From an uncultured Candidatus Binatia bacterium (GTDB lineage Bacteria; Desulfobacterota; Binatia; UBA9968; JAJDTQ01): a stretch of 64,000 nucleotides of DNA. The stretch spans positions 1,738,755 through 1,802,754 of the forward strand of contig OZ241976.1 of assembly GCA_965204205.1 (NCBI GenBank), in the 5' to 3' direction. The notes beneath the pieces are model-generated. The model saw only the letters and a program-made list of their open reading frames with translations, did no database searches and was not told the origin of the DNA. This document shows positions 1-8,536 of the stretch, piece by piece. The translations under genes were made by a program, and so were the position numbers. Numbering within the stretch: position 1 is the stretch's first letter; the number at the start of each line of letters is the position of its first letter.

Positions 1-732
1 GCTGCTCGAAGCGGGCGATGACGCCGTACTCGATGATCAGCATCAGGATGACGAAGAGCAGGACCCACGCCAGCACCTGCTCCATGTCGAAGCTCTCGAA
101 CCAGAAGAAGAACATGTAGCCGATGCCGAACTTGATGCCGAAGGTCTCGGCCAGGGCGACGATCTTCCAGGTCATGCCGAAGGCGTAGCGGAACGCCGAC
201 ATGAGGTAGGGCATGAGCTGGGGGATGTAGACCTTGCGGAGCATCATCCGCTTGTTGGCCTTGAAGGCCTTGGCCATGTCCATCAGGCTCTTGTCCATGG
301 CCTTGGTGCCCTCGGCCATGTTCACGGTCACGAAAGGCGTCACCACCGCCATCACCGCCACGAGGCTGCCGGTCTCGCTGAACCCGAACCACAGCACCGC
401 GAGGAACACCATCAGGATGGTGGGTATGGTGAGGAACAGCGGGATCAGGCTCATGAGCGAGAACTCCACGGTCCTGCGGAGTCCCATGGCCAACCCGATG
501 CCGATGCCGGCGAGCATGGCGGCCACGAACGCGATCACGATGCGGAACAGGGTGATGCCGATGTGGAAGAACGCCGAGTTCCCCTCGGGACCCAGCTCGG
601 TAAGGATCTTCCCCATGGTCTGAAGGATCCGGTAGGGGCTGGGCAGGACCTCCGGCGGGGTGACCGCCGAGGCCAGCCACCAGACCACCACCAGCGTCAC
701 CATGGACGCCAGACGCATGTAGAGACGGGTCT
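1..732 (-). CDS. ABC transporter permease (NitT/TauT family), partial. The C-terminal end lies beyond the window start
   Basis: Minus-strand frame open from ATG (revcomp of 730-732) to the window edge. The translation is a hydrophobic TM protein with an ABC permease signature, contiguous with the ATPase gene. Absent from the ORF track because no stop lies inside the window. Confidence 0.75.
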
Positions 733-1515
733 TCATTCGCCTTGTGTCTGCTCCAGCACCGAGAAGAACTCTCGCACGAGCTCCTTCTCCATGTCAAAGA
801 GTCTCGGGTCCTCGGGCTGCCTGGGCCGCGGCAGATCGACTTGCACGTGCCGGAAAATCCGCGCCGGCTTGGTGCTCATCATGTAGACGTCGTCGGAAAG
901 GTAGACGGCCTCCCGCAGGTCGTGGGTGACGAACAGGATGGTGGTCTTCGCCCGCTCGAGGATATCCATCAGGTCGATGCGCATCTTGCGCGCGGTGATC
1001 TCGTCCAGGTGGCTGAAGGGCTCGTCCATCAACAGAACATCGGGCTCGATGGCCAGGGCGCGCGCAATCGCCACCCGCTGCTGCATCCCGCCCGACAGGT
1101 TGAGCGGATAGTTGGGCTCCTGCCCCCCCAGGCCGACCATCTCGAGGTACTTGGTGACGCGGTCGCGCCACTGCTCGCGCGGCACGTCCTGGGCCTCCAG
1201 GGCGAAGCGGATGTTGTCCTCCACCGTCAGCCAGTTGAGCAGGCGGGCGCTCTGGAAGACGTAACCCACGTGGATGGCGCCGTCGGCCGACTGGGCCGCG
1301 GGGTGCACCGTGACGCTGCCGCCGTTCTCCACTTCGATCCCCGCGATGACGTTCAGGAGCGTAGACTTCCCGCAGCCGGAGGGACCCACCAGGCTCGCGA
1401 ACTCGCCCTCCTTGACGTCGAGGCTCACAGCATCGAGCACCACGAACTCTTCGCCGCCGCCGGGAGCGGGAAACTTCTTTGTCAGTTTATCAACGTGAAC
1501 GACCGTCGAAGCCAT
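733..1515 (-). CDS. ABC transporter ATP-binding protein (NitT/TauT type)
   Basis: Walker [18 protein letters not shown] signature, Walker B LLMDEP. The start was moved to MASTVVHV (1513-1515) to avoid a 65-nt overlap with the upstream permease. Confidence 0.85.
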   Translation of the reverse strand: MASTVVHVDKLTKKFPAPGGGEEFVVLDAVSLDVKEGEFASLVGPSGCGKSTLLNVIAGIEVENGGSVTVHPAAQSADGAIHVGYVFQSARLLNWLTVEDNIRFALEAQDVPREQWRDRVTKYLEMVGLGGQEPNYPLNLSGGMQQRVAIARALAIEPDVLLMDEPFSHLDEITARKMRIDLMDILERAKTTILFVTHDLREAVYLSDDVYMMSTKPARIFRHVQVDLPRPRQPEDPRLFDMEKELVREFFSVLEQTQGE

Positions 1516-1579
1516 GAACGACACCTGTATTGGACGATGATATTGGCCGATGAGTTTGAAGGCTGCACTTGAGCCGCCG

Positions 1580-2344
1580 CTATGTGGCCACCTGATGCCG
1601 CCACCGGAAGGCGCGCCGCTCCCAGGACCGGAAGACCAGGACATCCACCAGCACCATGAAGAGCATGAAGCTCACGCCCCACGCGAGCATGAGATCCACT
1701 CGGGTATCTTCGAAGTGAATCATCAGCATCTGGCCGACCCCGCTGCCCACGGCGAAGGCCTCTCCCACCAGCACGATCTTCCAGGACAGCGACAGCGCGA
1801 TCCGGAGGGACGAGAAGATGTAGGGCAGAAGCTGCGGCACGATCACCTTGCGGACGATCAGATGCCGGTTCGCCTTGTACACCTTGGCCATGTCGATGAC
1901 TTCCTTGTCGATGGCCTTGGTGCCTTCCCAGACGTTGAGAGCCACGAACGGGAAAACGATGAGCACCGTGGTGAAAATAGGCCCGACGTCCGAAAGACCG
2001 AACCACAGGACCGCCAGAAAGGCCCAGCACACCGCCGGAAAGGTCAGCGCCACCATGATCCAGCCGTCCAGGAACGCCTCCACGTGCCGGTGCAAACCCA
2101 TGATCAGCCCGAGAACGCCGCCGATGATCATGGAGGCCAGGAGGCCGAGAATGATCCGCCTGAGCGTATCCCAGACCACGACGTAGGCCGCGGCCTCGGA
2201 ATAAACCACCAGCAGCCTCGCCGTCAGCTCCCGCGGTCCTGGCAGGAACGACGGCAGGAAGAGTAGGGAGACCACCTGCCACAACAACACGAAGCCGACT
2301 ATTGTGAGGACCCCGGCGACAAGGCCGGGCCTGCCCTTGATCAT
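1580..2344 (-). CDS. ABC transporter permease (NitT/TauT family)
   Basis: 254-aa multi-TM protein that sits between the SBP and ATPase genes of the same strand. Confidence 0.85.
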   Translation of the reverse strand: MIKGRPGLVAGVLTIVGFVLLWQVVSLLFLPSFLPGPRELTARLLVVYSEAAAYVVVWDTLRRIILGLLASMIIGGVLGLIMGLHRHVEAFLDGWIMVALTFPAVCWAFLAVLWFGLSDVGPIFTTVLIVFPFVALNVWEGTKAIDKEVIDMAKVYKANRHLIVRKVIVPQLLPYIFSSLRIALSLSWKIVLVGEAFAVGSGVGQMLMIHFEDTRVDLMLAWGVSFMLFMVLVDVLVFRSWERRAFRWRHQVAT

Positions 2345-2433
2345 GAGGAGAGCCTGTCAGGGATGGGCGCGAAGGCTCCGGGTCCCCGGGAGCGGCTGAG
2401 GCCGTCCCGAGGACCCGGACGCCGTGACGTCGA

Positions 2434-3426
2434 CTAGTTGAGAATCAGCCCGTGCTTCTTCTTGTCCGGAACGAAGTCCAGGACGCCCCGCCGCTTGGCC
2501 ATCTCGAGGAAGTTCCACTGATGGTCCACGGTTTCCTTGTCCCACTTGGCAATGAAGATCTTCTTCTTCTGCAGCCAGTCCCGGTAGACGCCGGCTTCGG
2601 CCTTGTTCTTGATGCCGGTCACCTTGGCGAACTTGGCCTCGGCCTGGTCGAAGTTCTTGGGGTCCCTGAGCCAGCGCATGGACTCCATGACCGCGGCGGA
2701 GAAGCCGGCCGCGCGTTGCTTGTCCGCGTCCACCCACTCGCGCCAGCAGACCAGCGGCGCCGACCACACGATGGCCTGGCCGGTCTTGCCCTTCCAGTAG
2801 TCGTTGGGCGCGAACACCGACCGGTACTTGTCGGGCTGGGAAGCCGCCCGGACGGTCAGCGAGCTGATGTTGAACATCGAGTCCACGTCGCCCCGGCCCA
2901 GCAGGGCCAGCAGCGCGGGGGCGGCGGCCTGGACCAGGTTCATGTCCTTCTTGTTGAGGACATCCATACCGTGGCCGTCCATGATGACCGCGCGGGTGGC
3001 CTTGAAAGCTCCGGCGCCGGTGGACCAGGTGCCGTACTTCTTGCCCCGGAGGTCGCCGATGGACTTCACCGGGCTGTCCTTCTTGACGAACACCTCCTGC
3101 ATCACGGTCAGGCCGCCTCCGACGATGACGAAGTCGAGCCCCTTGGTGATCCGGGCGATGGCGGCCGTGCCCGCGTAGGACGAGCAGGGCACTTCCTTGG
3201 CGGGCAGCGCGGCCATGTGTCCCTTGAAGGGGCGCACGTCCACGTCCGCGTCGATGCCGTGCTTCTCGAAGATTCCGGCCATCTCCCCAGCCAGGTAGAG
3301 CATGGAGATGATGCTGTTGCGGCCGGCGGTGACCTTGACCTTGTGGAGATCCTTGGCCGCGGCCTCGAAGGCCAGGAAAGCCACCAGCGCAATCGCCAAC
3401 AATACGGTCCATTTGTAGCGTCGCAT
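2434..3426 (-). CDS. NMT1/THI5-like (ThiY/SsuA-type) periplasmic substrate-binding protein
   Basis: 330 aa with an N-terminal signal peptide and an NMT1/THI5-like fold. First gene of the SBP-permease-ATPase-permease operon. RBS AAAGGAGG lies 7 nt upstream. Confidence 0.85.
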   Translation of the reverse strand: MRRYKWTVLLAIALVAFLAFEAAAKDLHKVKVTAGRNSIISMLYLAGEMAGIFEKHGIDADVDVRPFKGHMAALPAKEVPCSSYAGTAAIARITKGLDFVIVGGGLTVMQEVFVKKDSPVKSIGDLRGKKYGTWSTGAGAFKATRAVIMDGHGMDVLNKKDMNLVQAAAPALLALLGRGDVDSMFNISSLTVRAASQPDKYRSVFAPNDYWKGKTGQAIVWSAPLVCWREWVDADKQRAAGFSAAVMESMRWLRDPKNFDQAEAKFAKVTGIKNKAEAGVYRDWLQKKKIFIAKWDKETVDHQWNFLEMAKRRGVLDFVPDKKKHGLILN

Positions 3427-3508
3427 TATCTGCCTCCTTTAACTGTTTGCCGGTCCCCAGTGACCGCAACGAAAGCATTGGTTCTGTGCGAAACGCGAAG
3501 AACGACGA

Positions 3509-3537
3509 ATAGTAGTTCTTGCCCGGTTCTTTGTCAA
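3509..3537 (-). promoter_or_regulatory. sigma70-like promoter for the ThiY-like ABC operon
   Basis: On the minus strand: TTGACA (revcomp of 3532-3537), a 17-nt spacer, then TACTAT (revcomp of 3509-3514). It sits about 75 nt upstream of the ATG at 3426. Confidence 0.4.
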
Positions 3538-3568
3538 TGGCGCATCAGGGTTTCGTTCCGTGTTCCGA

Positions 3569-4954
3569 TCACGGTTTCAGATAGTCCTTCAGGTCCATAT
3601 TCCGCCACAGTTCCGGATCCGGCTCGATCTTCTTCTCGAACTCCTTCTCCACTGGCCGGGTGGCGTCGATCACCAGGTGGGTGGTCATGGGGCCGCGGCC
3701 GGTGCGGGCCTCGTTGTACGACACCGGATCGAGGTGCGCGCCCTTGACCCCGGGCATGATCAGCAGGTCCAGATCGGCGACCATGCGGGTGCTGAAAGCC
3801 CAGGCTACTTCCCGCTCGTTGTAGACGTCGACGTCGTCGTCCACCACCACCACGGTCTTGCCGTAGTTGTCGGTGGACACCGCCACCAGTCCGGCCTGCT
3901 TGCCCTCGCCGGGAACCCGCTGCTGCAACGAGACGTAGGTTCCCAGCCAGCCCATGGTGTTGACCGCCTTGACGGTGGGGAACTGGCTTCGCAACCGGTC
4001 GTACATGCTCATCTCGGCGCTCACGTTGGGGCACAGGTTGTGCTCCACGTGAGCCGAGTCCAGGTGATGATAGATGGCGTCCTTGCGCATGGTGATGGCG
4101 GTCACGTCGATGACGTAGCAAGGCTTGTCGCCGACCCCGTAGTAGCCCAGGTACTCGGCGTAGGGGCCGTCGGTGGACATGGTCGAGGCGTCGATGGTCC
4201 CCTCGATGACGATCTCCGCCTGCGCCGGCACCGGCACGTCCACGGTCTCGCCCTGGACCACCTCGAGGGACTCGCCAAGATAGCCGCCCATGAGGTCGAA
4301 CTCCACCACCGCCTTGCCCTGGGAGGCCTGCAGGATCGCCGAGTGGTGGCCGATGACCAGGGCCACCTCCATGGGGCGCCCCAGCTCGGCGCAGCGGCGG
4401 GCGATGTAGGCGCCGTCGTTGCCGGGATTGATCATGCAGCCGAGCCGGTTCCGGCCCATGACCAGGTGGCGGTAGATGCCGGCGTTGGGAACGCCGGTGT
4501 CCGGCCAGCGGGCGATCATAAAGCCGGCGCCGATGTACTTCCCGGCATCGAGCTTCGAGTTGTGGATGATCGGCAGCACGCTCAGGTCCACCGCGTCGCC
4601 GATGATTTTCTTCTCCTTGACCGGCGCGTCCGCCTCGTCCACCCACACCGGGTCTTCCCGTTGCGCCAGCTTCCTGCGCAGCACGTCGTAGATCTCTACC
4701 CGGCTCATGCTGCGCGGATCGCAGCCCAGCCCCCAGGCCAGCAGCTCGAAGGATCCGAACATGTTGGTGACCAGCGGCAGCGAGCTGCCCTTGATCTCGG
4801 GGCAGTAGATCACCGGGTTGCGCCCCTCGGCCGCGAGCTTGTGCTGAATGATGCCGATCTCCAGATACGGGTCCAGGGGCTTCGTGACCTCGACGTAGTT
4901 GTCGGGTCCGGTCTCCCGGACCGCGCGCAGGAAATCTCGCAAATTAGGGTTCAT
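3569..4954 (-). CDS. UbiD-family (prFMN-dependent) reversible decarboxylase
   Basis: 461 aa with full-length similarity to 3-octaprenyl-4-hydroxybenzoate carboxy-lyase / UbiD family. RBS AGGAGG precedes it. Confidence 0.9.
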   Translation of the reverse strand: MNPNLRDFLRAVRETGPDNYVEVTKPLDPYLEIGIIQHKLAAEGRNPVIYCPEIKGSSLPLVTNMFGSFELLAWGLGCDPRSMSRVEIYDVLRRKLAQREDPVWVDEADAPVKEKKIIGDAVDLSVLPIIHNSKLDAGKYIGAGFMIARWPDTGVPNAGIYRHLVMGRNRLGCMINPGNDGAYIARRCAELGRPMEVALVIGHHSAILQASQGKAVVEFDLMGGYLGESLEVVQGETVDVPVPAQAEIVIEGTIDASTMSTDGPYAEYLGYYGVGDKPCYVIDVTAITMRKDAIYHHLDSAHVEHNLCPNVSAEMSMYDRLRSQFPTVKAVNTMGWLGTYVSLQQRVPGEGKQAGLVAVSTDNYGKTVVVVDDDVDVYNEREVAWAFSTRMVADLDLLIMPGVKGAHLDPVSYNEARTGRGPMTTHLVIDATRPVEKEFEKKIEPDPELWRNMDLKDYLKP

Positions 4955-4973
4955 CTGACAGCCTCCTGATGCA

Positions 4974-4998
4974 GGGGCGGGTTTCTCGAACCCGCCCC
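4974..4998. repeat. family-B palindromic hairpin repeat (GGGGCGGGTTTCTCGAACCCGCCCC + CTACACC)
   Basis: Perfect GC-rich inverted repeat between the LLM stop and the UbiD start. Its CTA (4998-5000) is the LLM TAG stop. Related copies at 47078, 53355 and 55294. Confidence 0.6.
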
Positions 4999-5972
4999 TA
5001 CACCAACGGTAAGACCTCCTCTACGAAACGGCGGATCTGCGCCGGCTGGTCGTGTCCGGTAAAGCGCAGCACCGGTGTGCTGATGCCCATGTCCAGCCAT
5101 TCCCGCACCACTTCCGCGCATGCCTCCGGCGGACCGTGGGCCAGCCAGACCCGGATCACTTCCTCGCTGGGCGGGGCCAGCGGGTAATACGCCTGGAAGT
5201 AGTGCTTCGACTCCTCGTAGGCCGCCTGCCTGTCCTCGTTGATGTTGATCATGCCGTGCAGGCAGGTCTCGAAGCGGCCGAGATCCCGGCCCTGCTTGTC
5301 CGCGGCTTCCTGCATGAAGTCCCAACGGCGGCGAAACTCGTCGGGCGCCACCGCGTCCGTCATGTAGCCGTCGCCCAGCCGGATTACCCGCTCCAGCGCG
5401 CGCTCCACCAGCGGACTTCCGGCGAGGGGCCGGCGCGGGTTCACGGCGATCCAGATGGGGCAGGGGCGCTGCACGGGTTTGGGCAGGATGTCGTAGTCCT
5501 CCAACGTATAGAAGCGTCCGCGGTGGCGCACCTTACCCTCGCTCCACAGCGCGCGCAGCAGGGCTATCCCTTCCTCCAGCCGCGGCGCACGTTCCCTGGA
5601 GGTCTGCCCGAAAGCGCGCAGCTCGGGCTCGTGGCCACCGCCGATGCACGCGCCGAGGACCGTGCGGCCGCCGGAGACGTGGTCGAGGCTCGCCCACTGG
5701 ATCGCCAGCTCCACCGGATGGCGCAGCGGAAAGGTGGCCATGCAAATGGTGCCCAGCCGCACGCCGCGGGTGCGGGCGGCGAGATTGGAAAGCATGACGA
5801 TGGAATCGAGCCGGGGCTTGTGGATGAAGCTGTCGCCCACCCACACGGACTCGAAGGCGCCGGACTCCTCGGCCAGAGCCGCCGACGCGAACAGGTCGTC
5901 CACCGTCGTGAGCCCGAAAAGCACGCCGCGGTTGGGGAGGCTCAGGCCCCACCGTGTGGGCAAATCACGCAT
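4998..5972 (-). CDS. LLM-class (luciferase-like) flavin/F420-dependent oxidoreductase
   Basis: 324 aa with bacterial luciferase-like TIM-barrel family similarity. Confidence 0.85.
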   Translation of the reverse strand: MRDLPTRWGLSLPNRGVLFGLTTVDDLFASAALAEESGAFESVWVGDSFIHKPRLDSIVMLSNLAARTRGVRLGTICMATFPLRHPVELAIQWASLDHVSGGRTVLGACIGGGHEPELRAFGQTSRERAPRLEEGIALLRALWSEGKVRHRGRFYTLEDYDILPKPVQRPCPIWIAVNPRRPLAGSPLVERALERVIRLGDGYMTDAVAPDEFRRRWDFMQEAADKQGRDLGRFETCLHGMININEDRQAAYEESKHYFQAYYPLAPPSEEVIRVWLAHGPPEACAEVVREWLDMGISTPVLRFTGHDQPAQIRRFVEEVLPLV

Positions 5973-6089
5973 TGTCCGTCACCCGTGTCGATCCTCCATG
6001 ACGCGAAACCCGAACCCGTCATCCTCGCCTTCCAGGCCGTGTCGGTTCTCTCCGTCGCTAACGGGACACGGCACTGATATCCGGCATCG

Positions 6090-8360
6090 TCATTCCGTTC
6101 CCTTGAGTTCCCCCAACGCCCGGAGAATCCGCTCCGGCGTCATGGGCAGTGTCCGCACGCGCACCCCCACGGCGTTGTAGATGGCATTGGCGATGGCCGG
6201 GGCGGGCGGTCCGAACGGCAACTCGCCAATGCCCTTGGCGCCGTAGGGGCCTTCGGAGGGGTCGCCCTCCACGAACGCCGCCTCGAGCCCTTTGGGCATC
6301 GTGCCGAAGGTGGGAAGCCGGTAGTCCACGAAATTCGGGTTAAGCACCTGGCCTCCTTCGATGGCAAGGTCCTCGAAGAGCGCGAAGCCCAGCCCCTGGG
6401 TGAGGCCGCCCTCGATCTGCTGTTGGACGCCCAGGGGGTTGATGGCCTTGCCCACGTCGTGCACCGCGAGGTACCGCAACAATTCCACGGCCCCGGTCTC
6501 CGTGTCGACCCGCACCTCGGCGACGTGGCAGCAGGCGGCGATGACCGGGGCCGCCGCCTCGTAGTCGTTGGTGACGAAGCGGGTGGCGGCCTCGTCCACG
6601 AACGCGCCCTTGCCGATGATGAGCAGGCCCTGGCGGTCGTAGGCCTCCCGCACCACCTCGTCAAAGGTCGTTTCGCCGCCGGGCTCCACCGTGGCCGCCA
6701 CACGGTCGCCGGCGAACACGAGGGTCTCGGGAGCGGCGCGCAGCATGCCCGCGGCCACCTCCGCCAGCCGCCGGCGCGCGTCGGCGGCGGCCGCCGCCAC
6801 GGCGTTGCCGCACACGTAGGTGGTGCGGCTGGCCCAGGTCCCCAGATCGAAGGGAATGACGTCGGTGTCGTTGTGGAAGATGCGGATGCGGTCCACCGAC
6901 ACGCCGAGCTGCTCGGCCGCGATCTGTGCCATGACCGTGCGCGTGCCGGTGCCGGTGTCGGCGATGGTGGCGATGATCGCCACGCTGCCGTCGCGGTCCA
7001 CCTTGACGATGGCTTCCGTGGAGTTCTGCCGGTAGTAGCGCAGGCCGGCGCCGGTCTCGGACAAGACCGCCATGCCGATGCCCGTGCGCGTCGTGCCTTC
7101 GGCGGTTCCCTTGCCCGGGCGCAACAGTTCCGTGGCACGTCCCAGGCAGGCGCGCTCGCATGGGCGCCGCAGGTTCTCGGTGCGCATCGCCACCGGGTCC
7201 AGTCCGAGCCGTTCGGCCATGGTTTCCACGATCGACTCGAAGGCGAAGGTCTCCTCGGCGTGCCCGAAGCCGCGGTAGGCGGCCCCCGGGGGCTTGTTGG
7301 TGTACACCAGCCGGGCATCCACCGACGTCGCCGGATGGTGGCGATCGTAGGACGAAAAAAAGGACATGGTGATGAAGTTGATGGTGGAGATGCCCTTGTC
7401 GTTGTAGGCGCCGTTGTCCCCCAGCACTTCCAGGCTCTTGGCGCGGATGACGCCGTCGCTGGTGCAGCCCAGCCTGAGCTTGAAGCGGTAGGCGTAGCGG
7501 GCGCCGGCACAGCGGAACTCCTCGTCCCGGGTGTTGACGATGCGCACCGGTCGGCCCCCGGACCTTCGGGACAGGGTCGCGGCGATGGGTACCATGACGT
7601 TCATCACCAGGCGGGCGCCGAAGCCACCGCCGGTCTCGGGCTGGATCACGCGCACCCGCCGCTGCGGGATGTCCAGGGTGCGGGCGATCTCCGCGCGCAG
7701 GGTGTGCGGCGCCTGGGTCTGGTGCCATACCGTGAGCTGGCCGGTGGCGCCGTACTGGGCGATGCAGCCGCGGGTCTCCATGACCGCGTGGGACTGGCGC
7801 GTGGTTTCGAACTCCTCCATCACTACCAGGTCGCAGCCGGCGAAGGCCGCCTCGACGTCTCCCTCCGTCTTGTGCACCTCGTAGGCCAGGTTGCCGCCGT
7901 CGTGGACCTCGGGAGAATCCGGCGACAGCGCGGCCTCCAGGTCCAGCACCGGCTCCAGAGGCTCGTAGTCCACCTCGATGAGACGCGCCGCTTCCTCCGC
8001 CGTGGCCTCGTCCAGCGCCGCCACCGCGGCCACCTCGTCCCCTGCGTAGCGCACCGTGCGGCCGGGCGCGCACAACGGCACCTTGTCCGCGAACTCCGGC
8101 ACGAAGCTGAACTTGATGTCCGGCATGTCGCTCGCGGTGATGATCGCGGTCACTCCGGGCAGCCGCTCCGCCCGGGAGGTGTCGATGCCGCGGATCCTGG
8201 CGTGGGGCAGGGGACTGCGCAGGACCTTGCCGTACAGCATTCCCGGCGCATGCAGGTCCTCGAGGTAGCGGGCCTCGGCGGTGACCTTGGCGGCACCTTC
8301 GACGGCGGCCGTCGGCCGGCCAATGACGTCGAGCGTGCGGCGTTGGGCGGACGTTGCCAT
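6090..8360 (-). CDS. Xanthine dehydrogenase/aldehyde oxidase family molybdopterin-binding subunit (CoxL-like)
   Basis: About 756 aa with full-length Mo-hydroxylase large-subunit similarity. Start chosen at MATSAQRR (8358-8360). No 2Fe-2S or FAD subunit genes are adjacent. Confidence 0.9.
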   Translation of the reverse strand: MATSAQRRTLDVIGRPTAAVEGAAKVTAEARYLEDLHAPGMLYGKVLRSPLPHARIRGIDTSRAERLPGVTAIITASDMPDIKFSFVPEFADKVPLCAPGRTVRYAGDEVAAVAALDEATAEEAARLIEVDYEPLEPVLDLEAALSPDSPEVHDGGNLAYEVHKTEGDVEAAFAGCDLVVMEEFETTRQSHAVMETRGCIAQYGATGQLTVWHQTQAPHTLRAEIARTLDIPQRRVRVIQPETGGGFGARLVMNVMVPIAATLSRRSGGRPVRIVNTRDEEFRCAGARYAYRFKLRLGCTSDGVIRAKSLEVLGDNGAYNDKGISTINFITMSFFSSYDRHHPATSVDARLVYTNKPPGAAYRGFGHAEETFAFESIVETMAERLGLDPVAMRTENLRRPCERACLGRATELLRPGKGTAEGTTRTGIGMAVLSETGAGLRYYRQNSTEAIVKVDRDGSVAIIATIADTGTGTRTVMAQIAAEQLGVSVDRIRIFHNDTDVIPFDLGTWASRTTYVCGNAVAAAAADARRRLAEVAAGMLRAAPETLVFAGDRVAATVEPGGETTFDEVVREAYDRQGLLIIGKGAFVDEAATRFVTNDYEAAAPVIAACCHVAEVRVDTETGAVELLRYLAVHDVGKAINPLGVQQQIEGGLTQGLGFALFEDLAIEGGQVLNPNFVDYRLPTFGTMPKGLEAAFVEGDPSEGPYGAKGIGELPFGPPAPAIANAIYNAVGVRVRTLPMTPERILRALGELKGTE

Positions 8361-8536
8361 GATCGAAGAATCGCAGAAAACCGGCTTGCATTCCAGACCG
8401 GATGTGGAATAGGCTTTCAACCCTTGGAAAATGAATGGTCTGCCCGGCCGCAAGGGATATCGAGCGATGCCCCTTCCCAACGGAGCCCCACACGCGGCAC
8501 CCCGCCCGGCAGTCGTGTCAAACGGAGGTTACATTC

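Noticed and set aside
3427-3508. TPP riboswitch upstream of the ThiY-like SBP
   Set aside because: The leader is only about 75 nt and lacks the CUGAGA/ACCUGA thi-box elements.
3534-4969. 370-aa and 469-aa ORFs overlapping the UbiD gene
   Set aside because: Alternate-frame or antisense artefacts. The UbiD frame has full-length family similarity.
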